From Octopus sinensis (lineage: Eukaryota), in contig NC_043019.1 of the NCBI RefSeq assembly GCF_006345805.1, positions 30,441,360-30,505,359 on the forward strand: a DNA stretch of 64,000 nucleotides. The letters run 5' to 3'. The position numbers and the translations under genes were made by a program. The notes under the pieces were generated by a model. It saw only the letters and a list, made by a program, of their open reading frames with translations, made no database searches and was not told the DNA's origin. Within the stretch, counting starts at the first letter, position 1, and each line of letters opens with the position of its first letter. Positions 1-12,708 of the stretch are shown here, piece after piece.

Positions 1-432
1 AAAGGATTATTACTATTATTAGAGCAGTAGATTTGCAGAATCCTTACTGTTGGGGAAAAGGCTTTGCAGTATTTGTTCTGGCTTTACAATCTGAGTTCAA
101 ATCTTCTTGGGGTCATCTTTGTCTTTCACTCCTTCAGGATCAATAAAATTCAGCGCCAGTCAAGCACTGGGGGTGGATAGTATTGACTAAGACCTTCCCC
201 ATAAAATTGTTAGCTTTGTCCTAAATTAGAAATAATAATGATAATGATGTCAAATTTTGGTACCAAGGCCAGCAATTTTGGTGAAGTAGGTGGGTGGGGG
301 TTATAAATCGATTAAATCAACCCCAGTGCTCTCAACTTGTACTTATTCCATTGACTCCAAAAGAATGAAAAGCAAAGTCAATCTTGTAGGAATTTGAACT
401 CAGAAGGTAAATACAGACAAAAATACTGCTAA

Positions 433-858
433 TCACTTTGCTTGGTGTCCTAACGATTCTGCCAACCGTTTGCCGGTGGCACATAAAAAAGCACCAACCA
501 AACATAGCCGATGCCAGTACCCCAAGACTGGCTCCTGCACAGGTGGCATGTAAAAAGCACCAACAGATCGTGGCTGATGCCAGTACCCACTGACTGGCTC
601 TTGCGCCAATGGCATGTAAAAAGCACCATCTGAACGTGATCGATGCCAGGCCTGCCTGACTGGTTCCTGTGCTGGTGGCACATAAAAAGCACCCACTACA
701 CTCTTGGAGTGGTTGGCATTAGGAAGGGCATCCAGCTGTAGAAACATTGCCAGATTAGATCGGAGCCTGGTGCAGCCGCTGGCTCTCCAGACCATAGTCA
801 CACTGTCCAACCCATGCTAGCATGGAAAATGGACATTAAACGGTGATGATAATGATGA
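433..858 (+). mobile_element. RTE-clade LINE-related 3' end with internal ~67-bp tandem units
   Basis: Four GGTGGCAYRTAAAAAGCACC units, then TTGGCATTAGGAAGGGCATCCAGCTGTAGAAAC...CCAACCCATGCTAGCATGGAAAATGGACATTAAACG and a (GAT)n tail. The same end follows an RTE ORF remnant at 49690-50037. Confidence 0.7.
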
Positions 859-914
859 CACCAAGAAAATATAATCACACCACACAAAACTTAATCATAA
901 GCAGCATGCAACCA

Positions 915-1230
915 GAATCCTCATGAACTGACCCAAATATTCAATGTCATAATCACAGAGGATCAGACAGCAGCTCATTTTGTAACATATGGTAAAACTA
1001 CATCTCAATAACAAGCCTTTCACTTCAGACTCACAAAGCTCAGGTCAGACCCACAAATGACTACTGTGTTAACATCTGGGATAGTGCTTGCTGTTGTTGC
1101 TATATCCAGCTACTAGTAGCTGGATATAGCAACTGATTGGCATAAAGTCAATCTCGCACAATTTAGCCTCTACTGTCCAAGCTTGTTTCTTTGTGTTTGT
1201 CACCACAAACTCGTTTAGGCTTAGCAGCCC
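915..1230 (+). mobile_element. Decayed CR1/L2-group LINE reverse transcriptase C-terminal fragment
   Basis: Translates, with frameshifts and stops, to QIFNVIITED...FVTYGKTTSQ, HKAQVRPTNDYCVNIWDSA and VSLCL, resembling CR1/L2-type LYKAQVRPxMEYCxxIWDGA...SLCLFYRY. Confidence 0.65.
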
Positions 1231-1689
1231 CTGCTGTTTGATTTCACTGTCAAAATGGGTGACAAAAGGTCACCCATTTTGACCCTCTTCAAAATCCCAA
1301 ATTTTATTTAATTTGCTTTGCGGGAGAAACTGTTTTATCTAAGGCATATTTTGTCGTGAAAAGCTCGAAATATGGATTAGAAAAATAGCCGACAACTGAT
1401 GAAGGGTCATTGTTTGTGTCGTTTGTCTTGTTTTCCATATTTTTTTGTTGTTTACGTTTTGTGACGTCCTGTGCCCACATATGCATGTACGTATACATGT
1501 AAATATGTACATATACATATGTATATATGCACACATGCATGCATATGCACATATATATGCATGCATATGCATATATACTCACATGTATATATATATATAT
1601 AATATATATATATATGCATATATATATATACATATATGCATATATATATATACATGCATATATATATATGCATATATATATATACATGC

Positions 1690-1720
<31 letters not shown>

Positions 1721-1774
1721 TATATGTATGCACACACATATATACATGCATATGTGTGTGTGTATATATATATA

Positions 1775-1832
<58 letters not shown>

Positions 1833-4800
1833 GTACGATGTGTTTGGGTATGTGTCAGTGTGCGACACGTAAATTCCACGAGGAACGTCATGGGATGGTA
1901 ATGGAAAAAGATTCTAAGTGGCGACGCAATAAAAAAAACCACGAACTCTATCACATGCTGTCATTCTCCATTTTGTGTGAATGGAAACATTCATCGAACA
2001 CACAAACACATCATATATACAGGCTACAAAAGCACTAACAATACTCACAAACACAGCATAGACAACAATGAAGCACTAACGACACATGCACGCGAGTGCA
2101 TATATAGGCAGCAATAAAGCACCAATACGCACACACACACACAGCTAATCAGATCATTCATCGATATGACTAAGTCATGAAAAATGACACCCTAAAGGGA
2201 TAGTCGCCTTATTGGAAGAGTTACCTCCCTTACTTTCCTCCTGACTCATGCGTGTTTTAAAACGATGGAGACCAAAGTTTCCTTCGATTCATTCATTGAC
2301 ACCATGGATTATTTGCAAGAAAACAAACTATACCACACACAAACATATATATATATATATAAATATATTATATTAAATTAGAGATAAAACCACTATTAGG
2401 CAAATCATACAATGAAAAACTTAAGCCAATACATAAGATTATTTAATTTATATTATTTAAATATATAACAAAATTATTAAAAAAATATAATTAATATCTG
2501 ATTTTTCCCTGTAAGTTTGGATTTATTCCCTAATATTTATTATATATAAATATATATATATATATACACGCAGCTCAAAAGTAAATAGACACCTGTTTTT
2601 TTTTGAAAGATTTACTTCTAGAAATAAAGTAACGTCATTTGATGAATTCAAATTAAATACAGAATTTAATTTGAATTTAGTAAAGATGCACAGTTTTTAA
2701 TGATTTAAGCCCTTTGGCCTTCGTATCCATGAATAGCGTTCACACATAAAACGGTAAAAATGACCGTGTGGTGTTACCTATAATTTTGAATAATTTGTCA
2801 CTCATAAGCACTACTAATTCTTCGTTCATTAGCCACAAGGGCGATAAAAATACACACACAAAAAAAATCTCCCAGCTTGGCAGTTTATCATCAATCAGTT
2901 ACTCGACTGTATGTAACCTTCTCCGATCCCGGAAGTGATACACGACATCACAATTACTTTGGGGGTAGGATGGGGAGATGAGAGATTATAATCGATTAAA
3001 TTGATTGCCTAGTAATTAACAAAATGAAGAAATCAAAAATGCTTTATTAAAAAAAAATTGAATTGATTTTTTTTCTTTCATCCAAATAAAAACAATGTAA
3101 TATTGATTACGCCAATATTACATTATATTATATTATATAGGGATGAACAGGACAAATCGCCGTTCCAGCCGTGCCCGAGTCGTCATTTTAGAGATCTATA
3201 GGACTACAACCTCATCCAACCCCAACCGTTTCCCTCCTCCTTTAAGGCTGCTAGTTGACTTGTGATGGCTGCAGAGGTTAATTTGCCGTTTAGTCCTCCG
3301 TGACCCCGTTCTAGCACTCACCCACCCATAAACTGCACCTACTGGAATTCCTTCCACGCCCAATTTTCCTTCTGCAGACATTAACGGATCAATTTGGGAG
3401 GATCCGTAAGTAAAAGTGATGAATACAACTACTGCACTTATCCCACACAAACACACACACGCGTATATATATATAAACATGTACGTATACTCATACACGT
3501 GGGTATATATACATACGTACGTAAGCAAGCATTCATAAGCTTATCAACAGCCAATGTAGTTACTCTGTAATTATCAACATTATCTGTTCTGAAAGTGGTA
3601 GTTTGCACACCCTATCACTGGTAAACACACTACAGACACTAAGTGGGTCTCTTTGCGGATTATTTACATCTATATTATTTCTATTTCATAGGTTTCATCG
3701 TAGAACTTTACAATAGAGATGAGGGATCATCCATCTACATGATCACACAGCTTGCTGGAAATGGTAGCTAATTCTCCCTCAAATGCATACCCCTCACTTC
3801 CTCAAATAATAATAATATAAATAAAGATTCATACTAAACTCTACCCCCAACATAAGATAGGCTGGGGACCTAGAAATTATGTTACAAACTGCCGTTCAAA
3901 CCGAAAAGATCCTAGGCTGGTCATAGATGGGGCGTTTTTAATCACAGGTCTGCTGGGTTAAGGCTGGCCCGTGGCTATACAACATCAATACACACACAGA
4001 AGACGCAAGAGAAGGCAGGAAAAGAAGAAGGAGTAAATAGCTTAAATAAGTTGTTAATATGAAAGTATAAAGAAAAAAAAATCAAGAACAACAACAATAT
4101 GAAGATGATTATTGTTATCTATAGCCAAGGACAACACTGATCAAACAAAACTATGTTCAAAGGCTTCCCAACTATGTCTGACTCTTTTGTACATCTGAGA
4201 TTATTATCCACTGTATCTTTCACTTTAAGGTGGTACACAAATTAGTTTATAAGCAGCTGATCTATGTTATAGATCAGGGAAGAAAAATCGAGTACGTCTT
4301 CCTTGAAGAGCAGTCAACAGTTCATGAAACGGTCTGTCAGGAAACTCCCCTTTTCCTCCCCCAAATGTCAATAATATAAAATGAATGTGCATACATTTTT
4401 ATTTAATTCACATAAGGCATTATGATATTTCAATATATTTCAGGTCTTCTGGTTTACACCGTGTTGAGCATAGATAAATATTGTTAAATAAAATGAAGTG
4501 ATTTTAAACTCTTTAAAATCGCCAAATGCCACAGTAAAGAACTGTATCAATAAGAAACTTGTCTTCTGCATAGCCCTTTTGTTACCATATTTCTGTTCAA
4601 TACACCAAACAGATCTATGATTAAAAAGCATTCAGTATATGGCAATTCCACTTGTTAGGGATATACAAGATTATGACTAGTAGAATGCAATGTTTGAGGA
4701 AGACTTGGCTGCAATTTCTAGTAGTGGAACTACCATGCAGAGGCTTCACTGGAAGTGAGTGGGTGTAAAAATGAAATAATTGCCTTTTAGTAAATATCTA

Positions 4801-5104
4801 TGACAGGGCACTTACAAAATTTTTTAGGGAGTTGCAAAGTCCTTGGGGAGTGAAAGGCGAGACACCAGAAATTAGAAGTGTGGGGGCGGAAATGACAAAT
4901 GAAGCCTGGTGGACAGAGTACAATAAAGGAACAGAGGCTATTGTAATTGTAAAAAACAGGGGCAGATGAAACAGGAACACCTGGCAAAATGTAGGATGAG
5001 TTATCACACAACAAACAAGGTCAATGGAATTTTGGAATTTATCGCTTCCTGTTGACACAAAGGCCAGGATTGGGTTGATCAAAGGCATTCCAGCCTTAGC
5101 CCAG

Positions 5105-5149
<45 letters not shown>

Positions 5150-5338
5150 TTAAAAAGGAGATGTGGAACACGAGTTGTGATATATAAAAAAAGGAAATGA
5201 AGAAAATGCTGACAAAATAATTTAAGTAATTTAATTAGGTGAAAGTTCTTTTTACCGGTTGCGCATTTTGTTATGCTTATCAAAAGAAATTTTTTTAAGA
5301 GAGATAGAGTTCCTTTCTGATAGATTTTTTCCTCTTAT

Positions 5339-5374
<36 letters not shown>

Positions 5375-5378
<4 letters not shown>

Positions 5379-5560
5379 CAAAATGGGACAAGAACGCAAA
5401 ACATCCGGATAGCTAGGTGATACAAAAATGGGACAACAAAACATCCAGATAGACGATACAAAGAAAACAAGGACGGGTCATTCGAAGCCCTCTAATCCTC
5501 AGTCAAGTACTAGATTGTCCTATCTTTTAGCAGCTCGGTCAACGGCCTACATCATCCTCA
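5375..5560. repeat. Dispersed repeat fragment abutting (TA)n, possibly Penelope-like
   Basis: Begins directly at a (TA)n run and has an internal ~45-bp duplication (TACAAAATGGGACAA...CAAAACATCC). The minus strand has a degenerate CTGAGGA...GAAT core. Confidence 0.35.
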
Positions 5561-5579
5561 GGTGTTGGCTACTCCCAGC

Positions 5580-5760
5580 GAGTTGAATACCTATTTCTTT
5601 ATTACCCACAAAAAGGCTAAACATAGAGGGGACAAACAAGGACAGACATAGGTATTAAGTCGATTACATCGACCCCAGTGAGTAACTGGTGCTTGATTTA
5701 TCGACCCCGAAAGGATGAAAGGCAAAGTCGACCTCGGCGGAATTTGAACTCAGAACGCAG
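5580..5760 (-). mobile_element. tRNA-derived SINE family A (Nin/Deu-domain-like core)
   Basis: Reverse complement of GTTCTGAGTTCAAATTCCGCCGAGGTCGACTTTGCCTTTCATCCTTTCGGGGTCGATAAAT...TAATAAAGAAATA. Other copies lie near 25-430, 8170-8330, 9320-9450, 16260-16450, 41510-41890, 55240-55420, 57060-57470, 58630-58840 and 61600-61810. Confidence 0.75.
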
Positions 5761-6494
5761 CGAGTTGAATACCATGAATCGCCATCTCAGTTTCTCTTGT
5801 GCTGTCCTTAACGCATTCAGTGTATTTCAATACGCCACTTTGATATTATCCATAGTTATAATTCATAGTTTTCTTCTTCCTCTCTTCCCATCCATTCTGA
5901 ATTCTATTAAGAACTTCTGTAAACCAATTTCTTCTAATTAAATCTCCAAAATATTTTAGCTTTCTCTCTTTGATAGTATCTTCTATTTGGCCCACATCAA
6001 AGACATTTTATCTTTGCACGGATTACACTCTCTATATTTCTAGTAGGTGGAACTGTTGTTAGAAGGTTCAGTCGAGCATATTGTCCCCAATATATAATGT
6101 TTTTCCCAGCAGATGTCATTCGTTGTAGAGGAAGTGCCGCAGTCGATCAAATCTACTCCAATACACGACAGCTGTTCTATCTACTCGAACCCAGAAGATG
6201 AAATGTAAACTCAGAAATATTAGTGGGGAAAAAACATGACTAGACACCGCATGGAGTTATAACCAGCTATTCTGTCGATTCAACAAATAAACCACCGAAT
6301 CAGCGATTCAATGAAACTTCTACATGGTCAATAGATATACTAAAAATAACAGCCAATCCCCTCTCAAATCACACTCCACCGTCTTTAAAAAGAAAAGTAT
6401 AAAGAATGTAGGTTACTTTCCTATTATCGACAGCCAACTGGCCAATTTTTATTATCATTATTATTATTATTTACAAATGAATTAATAAATAAAT

Positions 6495-6772
6495 TCCTGA
6501 GACAGGTGTAATATTCGTTCGTCGGACTTTCAGAATAGCTATCTTTACCTCATGCAGACTTTCCTTAAACCTAACCCTAAGAGGGCAAGGAATTGCGGGA
6601 ATGTTTCGTTCTGGGAAATAATAATTTTTTTAAACCAAAACATTTCTGTTTTTAAATTATTTTTGCGCTCCTATTCCGTGTCCTTTTCCAGTAAAATTTT
6701 TTACTAGGGCTTTTCTCCATGAGGTAAGTGATAGCTATTCCGAAACTCCACCGATTTACACCCGTTTCACGA
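6495..6772. mobile_element. MITE with ~60-bp imperfect terminal inverted repeats
   Basis: Left TCCTGAGACAGGTGTAA...GGACTTTCAGAATAGCTATCTTTACCTCATGCAGA (6495-6558) matches the reverse complement of 6714-6772 (TCGTGAAACGGGTGTAA...GGAGTTTCGGAATAGCTATCACTTACCTCATGGAGA). Confidence 0.65.
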
Positions 6773-7504
6773 ATGTAATTGCATAGTAAATAATAATAAT
6801 AATAATTCGTTCGTTTATTGGCCACAAGGGCTAACAAAAATCAATTAAAACATAAAGGGACAAAAACACAGGACGAAAGTTACAAAGGGTTTTGTCCGTT
6901 TGAAAAAGTCCGTGTATATAATAATAATAAAAATTGGCTGCCGATAATTGGAAAGTACCGAAGATAGTAAGTGTGAGAATGAATTAAGCTTGAAGAGACG
7001 AGATGGTCATGGCTTGGAATACTGTTCGGTCAGGCCTAACCCGAGGCAGAGTATTCGCCTCAGGACTCACACGAAATAAGCATCTAAAATTGTCTCAAAT
7101 GTAGTTGCTTTTGCTTAGATATTATAATCGTAGATAACATATGATGCCCTGTGATCAGGTTACAGTAATCAAGAGAGGATGCCTCAAGTGTAAGCAATAA
7201 CAAATGTCTGTTGATATCACTGAGAGAGAAATAACTTTGCTAACATAACTTCCAATGTTCATTTATAAACATGTTTTCCGAAGTATGTCACCATTACATA
7301 CTTTGATCTTCATCTGCATCCATAGAAACACAATGATATCACACACCCACACAAACACACACGTTTTGAGTATACAACGCACACATATCACTTAAACCAA
7401 ATTCTGGATAGACATGAAAAAGATGTTTACTTTGTTCAATATTGTCTGCATGCAATCACACATATATATCACACTCACAAGAAGAAATAACGTGTGTGTA
7501 TATG

Positions 7505-7569
<65 letters not shown>

Positions 7570-7659
7570 TTATGGTATGGAAATCTTGAGATAGTTGAAA
7601 CGTTTCCACGTTTTGTCGCAGTAGTGTTTGTGTGAGTACATACACATGTATTATGTGTG

Positions 7660-7800
7660 TACGTGTTGTCTGATGAACGGCAACGAGAAACTCAGAGTAA
7701 CAAATTTTGTTGAATTTTCTGCTGCTTTAAATAAAGCATATTACTCTACCACTGGTATTTGATTACTCTTTTTTTTTCACCTGTGTAATTATATATTATT
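7660..7800 (+). mobile_element. Penelope-like element terminal (pLTR) fragment
   Basis: Hammerhead motif followed by an AATAAA-containing tail, in CA/TA microsatellite context. Confidence 0.5.
7666..7703 (+). ncRNA. Minimal type I hammerhead ribozyme motif in a Penelope-like terminal repeat
   Basis: UUGU-CUGAUGA-A-CG(GCAA)CG-A-GAAA-CUC(A)GAG-UA^-ACAA: intact core, GNRA-capped stem II, GUA cleavage triplet and a 4-bp stem I. Confidence 0.7.
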
Positions 7801-9784
7801 TTTACTCCGGTATATATATATATAGCGCGGACGCGATCCTATCTAATTCTATTCCAGCCTATGTCTTGTAAAATGTAAGTAGATCTTGGTACCGACAGAA
7901 TTCCCTGTGGCATTTATTTCATCACATACAACGTCCAAAAGCCAGCAGATGTTCCTGCTTTTCTTATTTATCGTACAACCACCGATATCTTCAAGTCTTT
8001 CTCCCACTATCCCCTTTACCAAATGATTCCTTCAATAGACACAGTCATACAGAGGCGATAGGTGGAACAAAAACCATCAACATTAAATGCATTCTAACAG
8101 GTGCTGTACAAGACTACAAAATAAGGTAGGATGAGGGAACAGTTAATTACACTGAACCCTTGTATTTAGCTGGTATTTATTTTATCGTTCCCAGTTAAGG
8201 GATGCAAAGATGAAAGGCAAAATTGACTCGAATGGAAATTGAACTCAGGACGTAAAGAGGCGTGACTAAGTACACTAATATTTTTTTTTACTACTGGCAC
8301 AAGGCCTGAATTTTTTTTGTGGGGAGCGGGGCAGTCTATTAACGATAACAGTCCTTTCCAGCATAGGTACAAGGCCTCAAATTTAAATGGGGGAAAGAAT
8401 GTGTTTGTCGGTTATTGCATCGACCGCCCAGGTGATTTGTAACGGGTACAAGGTCAAAAATAAGGTCCAGTGGATAACGTCAAACTTGCAGTACTTAGTC
8501 AACTGACATCCGGCAAGGCTAAAAAAACAATACTGCCCAAGTCAACATTCGAACAAGGAGATATGAAGAGACTTAATCGTCGCTAAGGCACGGACAACTA
8601 CCATTTTAGGGACCTAGAAGAATTCAGGGGGAGGTAATTAGTTGGGTTTGGCGTGCTAACAACCACTTTACCAGAATCATTCGTTCGGATGGATTGTGTG
8701 GGAAGAGGGTCGAAATTTGTGGCGCAAATTAATGAGAATATCGATACTTGGGTCAATTTATGTAACAATATATTTCTTACTGGTATTCTTTGAATTGAAT
8801 GAATATTTTAAAATACTCTTTTGAAACTGGATAAACCACATTTATTAAACAAATTATGATTTGGCATTATGGCATATCTACACAAGTTTGTTCTTCATAG
8901 CTTTCACAGAAAAAGACATTTTTATAAAAAATGAAATTCTGCCGTCTCAGCCTTGAGGAAAACAAAGCCAAGGCGTGTGAATCTTTCGAAACTCCTCTTC
9001 CCTCCCACACCTTCAAGATTTTTTTTTGTTTGTTTCACACAATAGATTCCGATATAATTGTAGTTCACACTTAGTGAAAGTTCTGAGAAAACAAATCGGT
9101 AGTGGGTGGGACACGTTTGTGTAGGTTTACCAACATTATTTCCCAGCTAACAAATCTATTTTATTTACATAAAAAGCCCCCGATGAGAAGAAAAATTTCT
9201 ATATATCTCTCGTCCGATTCCAGCAGTTTGTAAAAATGGTTACACTGTGATTACCTGCCCCTGAGTCTTCGAGGAACCCTTAATGATCGATGAAGACCGG
9301 AATTTGAAATAATTTCCCACTATAGGCACAAGGGCTGAGATTTCGATGGGAGACAGCTGATCGATTATCTAGATCCCTAGCGTTTCAACTGGTACTTATT
9401 GCAATCAACCCCGAAAGATGAAAGGCAAAATCGAACTCAGCAGAATTTGAAATAATGATTTCTTTTTATCTTTTATATAAACAGGTTTTTTTTAACATAG
9501 CGAACAAGGCCGCACACATTAGATAGGGAATGGTACACACACACATATTGTCAATTATATCAATTATATTTTCATGTTAGTTGTACATGAAAAGTTGGAA
9601 TCTAAAGGAAACCTTGGAAGGGATGAGAGGCAAAGGTGAGATTTGAACCAATAGTGAACAGAAACAGCGTGTTGCGGAATAAACATTCAAAAATTTAGAG
9701 ACAGAAAAAGAGAAAATGTATATATATCCACTTATCTCTCTCCCTATCTATATAATATATATATATATATATATATAATATATA

Positions 9785-10062
9785 TACACCCACACTATCA
9801 CATATATTAATATATTATATATCCACACTACATATATATATAACTATCCACACTAGCATATATATATTATCCACACTATCATATACAGATATAATATATA
9901 TATATATATATATATATCCACACTATCATATATATATATATTATATCCACACTATCATATATATATATATATATATATACCCACACTATCATATATATAT
10001 ATATATATATATACCCACACTATCAGATATATATAGATATATACCCACACTATCATATATAA
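9785..10062. repeat. Compound minisatellite: CCACACTATCA units separated by variable (TA)n
   Basis: About 9-10 copies of CCACACTA(T)CA with different TA run lengths between them. Confidence 0.85.
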
Positions 10063-10136
10063 TATTATATTACACATACTGAAAGGTAAACTGATAGTAT
10101 TCAAACATTAAAACAGAATTTTTTGTGCTTGATATA

Positions 10137-10172
<36 letters not shown>

Positions 10173-10919
10173 AAGAAATAAATACGTAACAGAATAAGCG
10201 AAATATTGACAAACCTTTTTCGTCGAAGTTCGTTTCGATGGCATTCCTCACCAATGTGGAACTCATCTTTGGTTATTTTGGGGTTATTCAAGTTGTTTTA
10301 AGGTTACCAATTAGTAAAATATGTTATTCACGAATCAACAACAGAAATTTCTGACCCAACGTAAGGGGGTTCATGTGTAGGTAAATCGAACACTTGGTTA
10401 ATAATACAGATGTGATGTGGTGAATATATGTATATAGATAGATATATATATATGTATATATATTGTAGGAATACCCTGTAGTTTGGTAGTCAATATATTG
10501 TGTATGTGTGTGTATAGAGAAGGTGTGAGACAGAGGAAGAAGGGGTTAAGTTGAATTGGTGGCCAACATTATGTAAAAATGGCCAGGAAGAGAGAATAAA
10601 AGAAATAGTAACCACCAAGGCCCTCACGACACTCTCTGTTGTCTTTTTGTAAACCGTCTCTTTCTTGCTTTCTTATTTAAACTCTCGTTGTAACAGGGCG
10701 AGATTACAACGAGAACTTTAAACTAGCTCGCATCTAACATCTATCTATTCCCAATATCATTCCGTATCCATTCCTATTTTGATATATCGTTCATTCTATT
10801 CTGCTATTCTGTTGTTCACTCCTCCGTGAGAATGTGTGTTCGTTTTTCTTTTAATATTCATTCTCTTTCTCTCTCTCTTACCTTTTTTTTTGCTCCTTCC
10901 TCTCACTCTTTCTCTCTCC

Positions 10920-11365
10920 CTTCCCTTTTTACTCCTGATTCTCTCTTTCTCTCTTCCATCCCTTTTCACTCCTGTTTCTCTCTTTCTCTCTTCCCTCCCT
11001 TTTCACTCCTGTTTCTCTCTTTCTCTCTGTCCTCCCTTTTCACTCCTGTTTCCCTCTTTCTCTCTTCCCTCCCTTTTCACCCCTGTCTCTCTCTTTCTCT
11101 CTCCCCTCCCTTTTTACCCCTGTTTCTCTCTTTCTCTCTTCCATCCCTTTTCACTCCTGTTTCTCTCTTTCTCTCTTCCCTCCCTTTTCACTCCTGTTTC
11201 TCTCTTTCTCTCTGTCCTCCCTTTTCACTCCTGTTTCCCTCTTTCTCTCTTCCCTCCCTTTTCACCCCTGTCTCTCTCTTTCTCTCTCCCCTCCGTTTTC
11301 ACCCCTGTTTCTCTCTTTCTCTCTCCTCCCTTTTCACTCCTGTTTCTCTCTCTCTCTCTCTTCCA
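10920..11365. repeat. 37-bp polypyrimidine minisatellite with 185-bp higher-order repeat
   Basis: Unit CCCTTTTCACTCCTGTTTCTCTCTTTCTCTCTTCCCT, about 12 copies. The order of variants repeats at an offset of 185 (10931 vs 11116). Confidence 0.9.
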
Positions 11366-11720
11366 CGCTTTCTTACTCAGCACTTTATCTTCTACTCTTT
11401 CTATATATATATATATTACTCTCTCACTCTATCTTTTACTCACTCTTTCTCGCCTTCTTATTCTATCTGCTACACCCTCTATATATATTTTGCTCTTTCT
11501 CTCTTTCGCTTTCTGATTCACTCACTCTATCCTCTACTCTCACTGTATGTTTTGCTCTCTCTCACGCACACTATTTCCTACTCCCTCTCTCTCTCTCTAT
11601 TTCACTTTGTAACTTTATCATTTGGTTTCTCTATATACTTTGCTCTCTCACGCCTTCTATTTTCTACTCTCTTTCTCTTTCTCATTCACTCTATATCCTA
11701 CTTTCTCTATATATTATTTG

Positions 11721-11760
<40 letters not shown>

Positions 11761-12397
11761 TAATGTTAATACCACGTTTTCTTTTATGACTACTCCTACT
11801 ACTACCAACTACCACCACTATCACTACATTCTATACTAACACCGCTACTACCATCTCCAACAACGCCACCACCAGCACCGCTATCACTACTAACACTACA
11901 ACCGCTGTCACCTCCACCACCAACAACAACAACAACAACACTACCACCACAACCACCACCACTGCTACAACAGCTACTGCTCTTTCCTGCACTTGTCACT
12001 TCAGCTCTTCTCTACAGAACGTGATTTCTACTATATCGATTCTTTTCTTTATGCTGTTGTTTGTCTCAGGTGATCGATTCCTATAACTATATCGATCGAT
12101 TCCACTATTCCGCTATTCCTTCGATCATATTCTCACGATTGCTTGTCCGCGATTCTCTTTTCTCACACGGCCTTTCACTTTCACTCTCTCTATTTCTATC
12201 TCTGTCTTTCGCTCTTTCCCTCTCTCCCGTCACATTAATTCTTCCTTCCTTCCCTTCTCTTCTTCCTCACTCATTTCTCTCTACTTTCTCTCCCCCCCCT
12301 CTCTCGGAATATTCTACCCACATTGATTCTCTAATTCCGTTATCGCGCTCTCGTGATTGCCACTCCTGAAAACATATATATTCATCCAGAGCCTTGC

Positions 12398-12435
12398 ACC
12401 ACCACCACCACCACCACCACCACCACTACTACTGT

Positions 12436-12478
<43 letters not shown>

Positions 12479-12489
12479 GTTACTGCTGT

Positions 12490-12535
<46 letters not shown>

Positions 12536-12570
12536 GTTACTACTGTTACTACTACTACTACTACTACTGT

Positions 12571-12607
<37 letters not shown>

Positions 12608-12708
12608 GTACTACTACTACTACTACTACTACTGTTACTACTACTACTACTACTACTGTTACTACTACTACTACTACTATACTACTACTACTACTACTAC
12701 TACTACTG
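12398..12708. repeat. (CAC)n then (CTA)n trinucleotide microsatellite with CTGTTA interruptions
   Basis: Direct reading. Confidence 0.95.

Noticed and set aside
475-693. CRISPR-like array of GGTGGCAYRTAAAAAGCACC repeats with ~45-bp spacers (also 59095-59310)
   Set aside because: The spacers are homologous to each other, there are no cas genes, and the context is a eukaryotic RTE-related 3' UTR; these are tandem units.
1304-1954. Long overlapping ORFs (also 17992-20110, 23881-24661 and 53506-54693)
   Set aside because: They are translations of stop-free microsatellites (YI, HT, CMYV, YLSI repeats).
2566-2720. Tc1-like TIR start (TACACGCAGCTCAAAAGTAAATAGACA)
   Set aside because: No matching opposite TIR or transposase remnant found.
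6568-6580. Telomeric-like CCTAACCCTAA
   Set aside because: Fewer than two units, inside a MITE; not an interstitial telomere.
10826-11839. 337-aa ORF
   Set aside because: It is a translation of a CT-rich minisatellite and low-complexity DNA.
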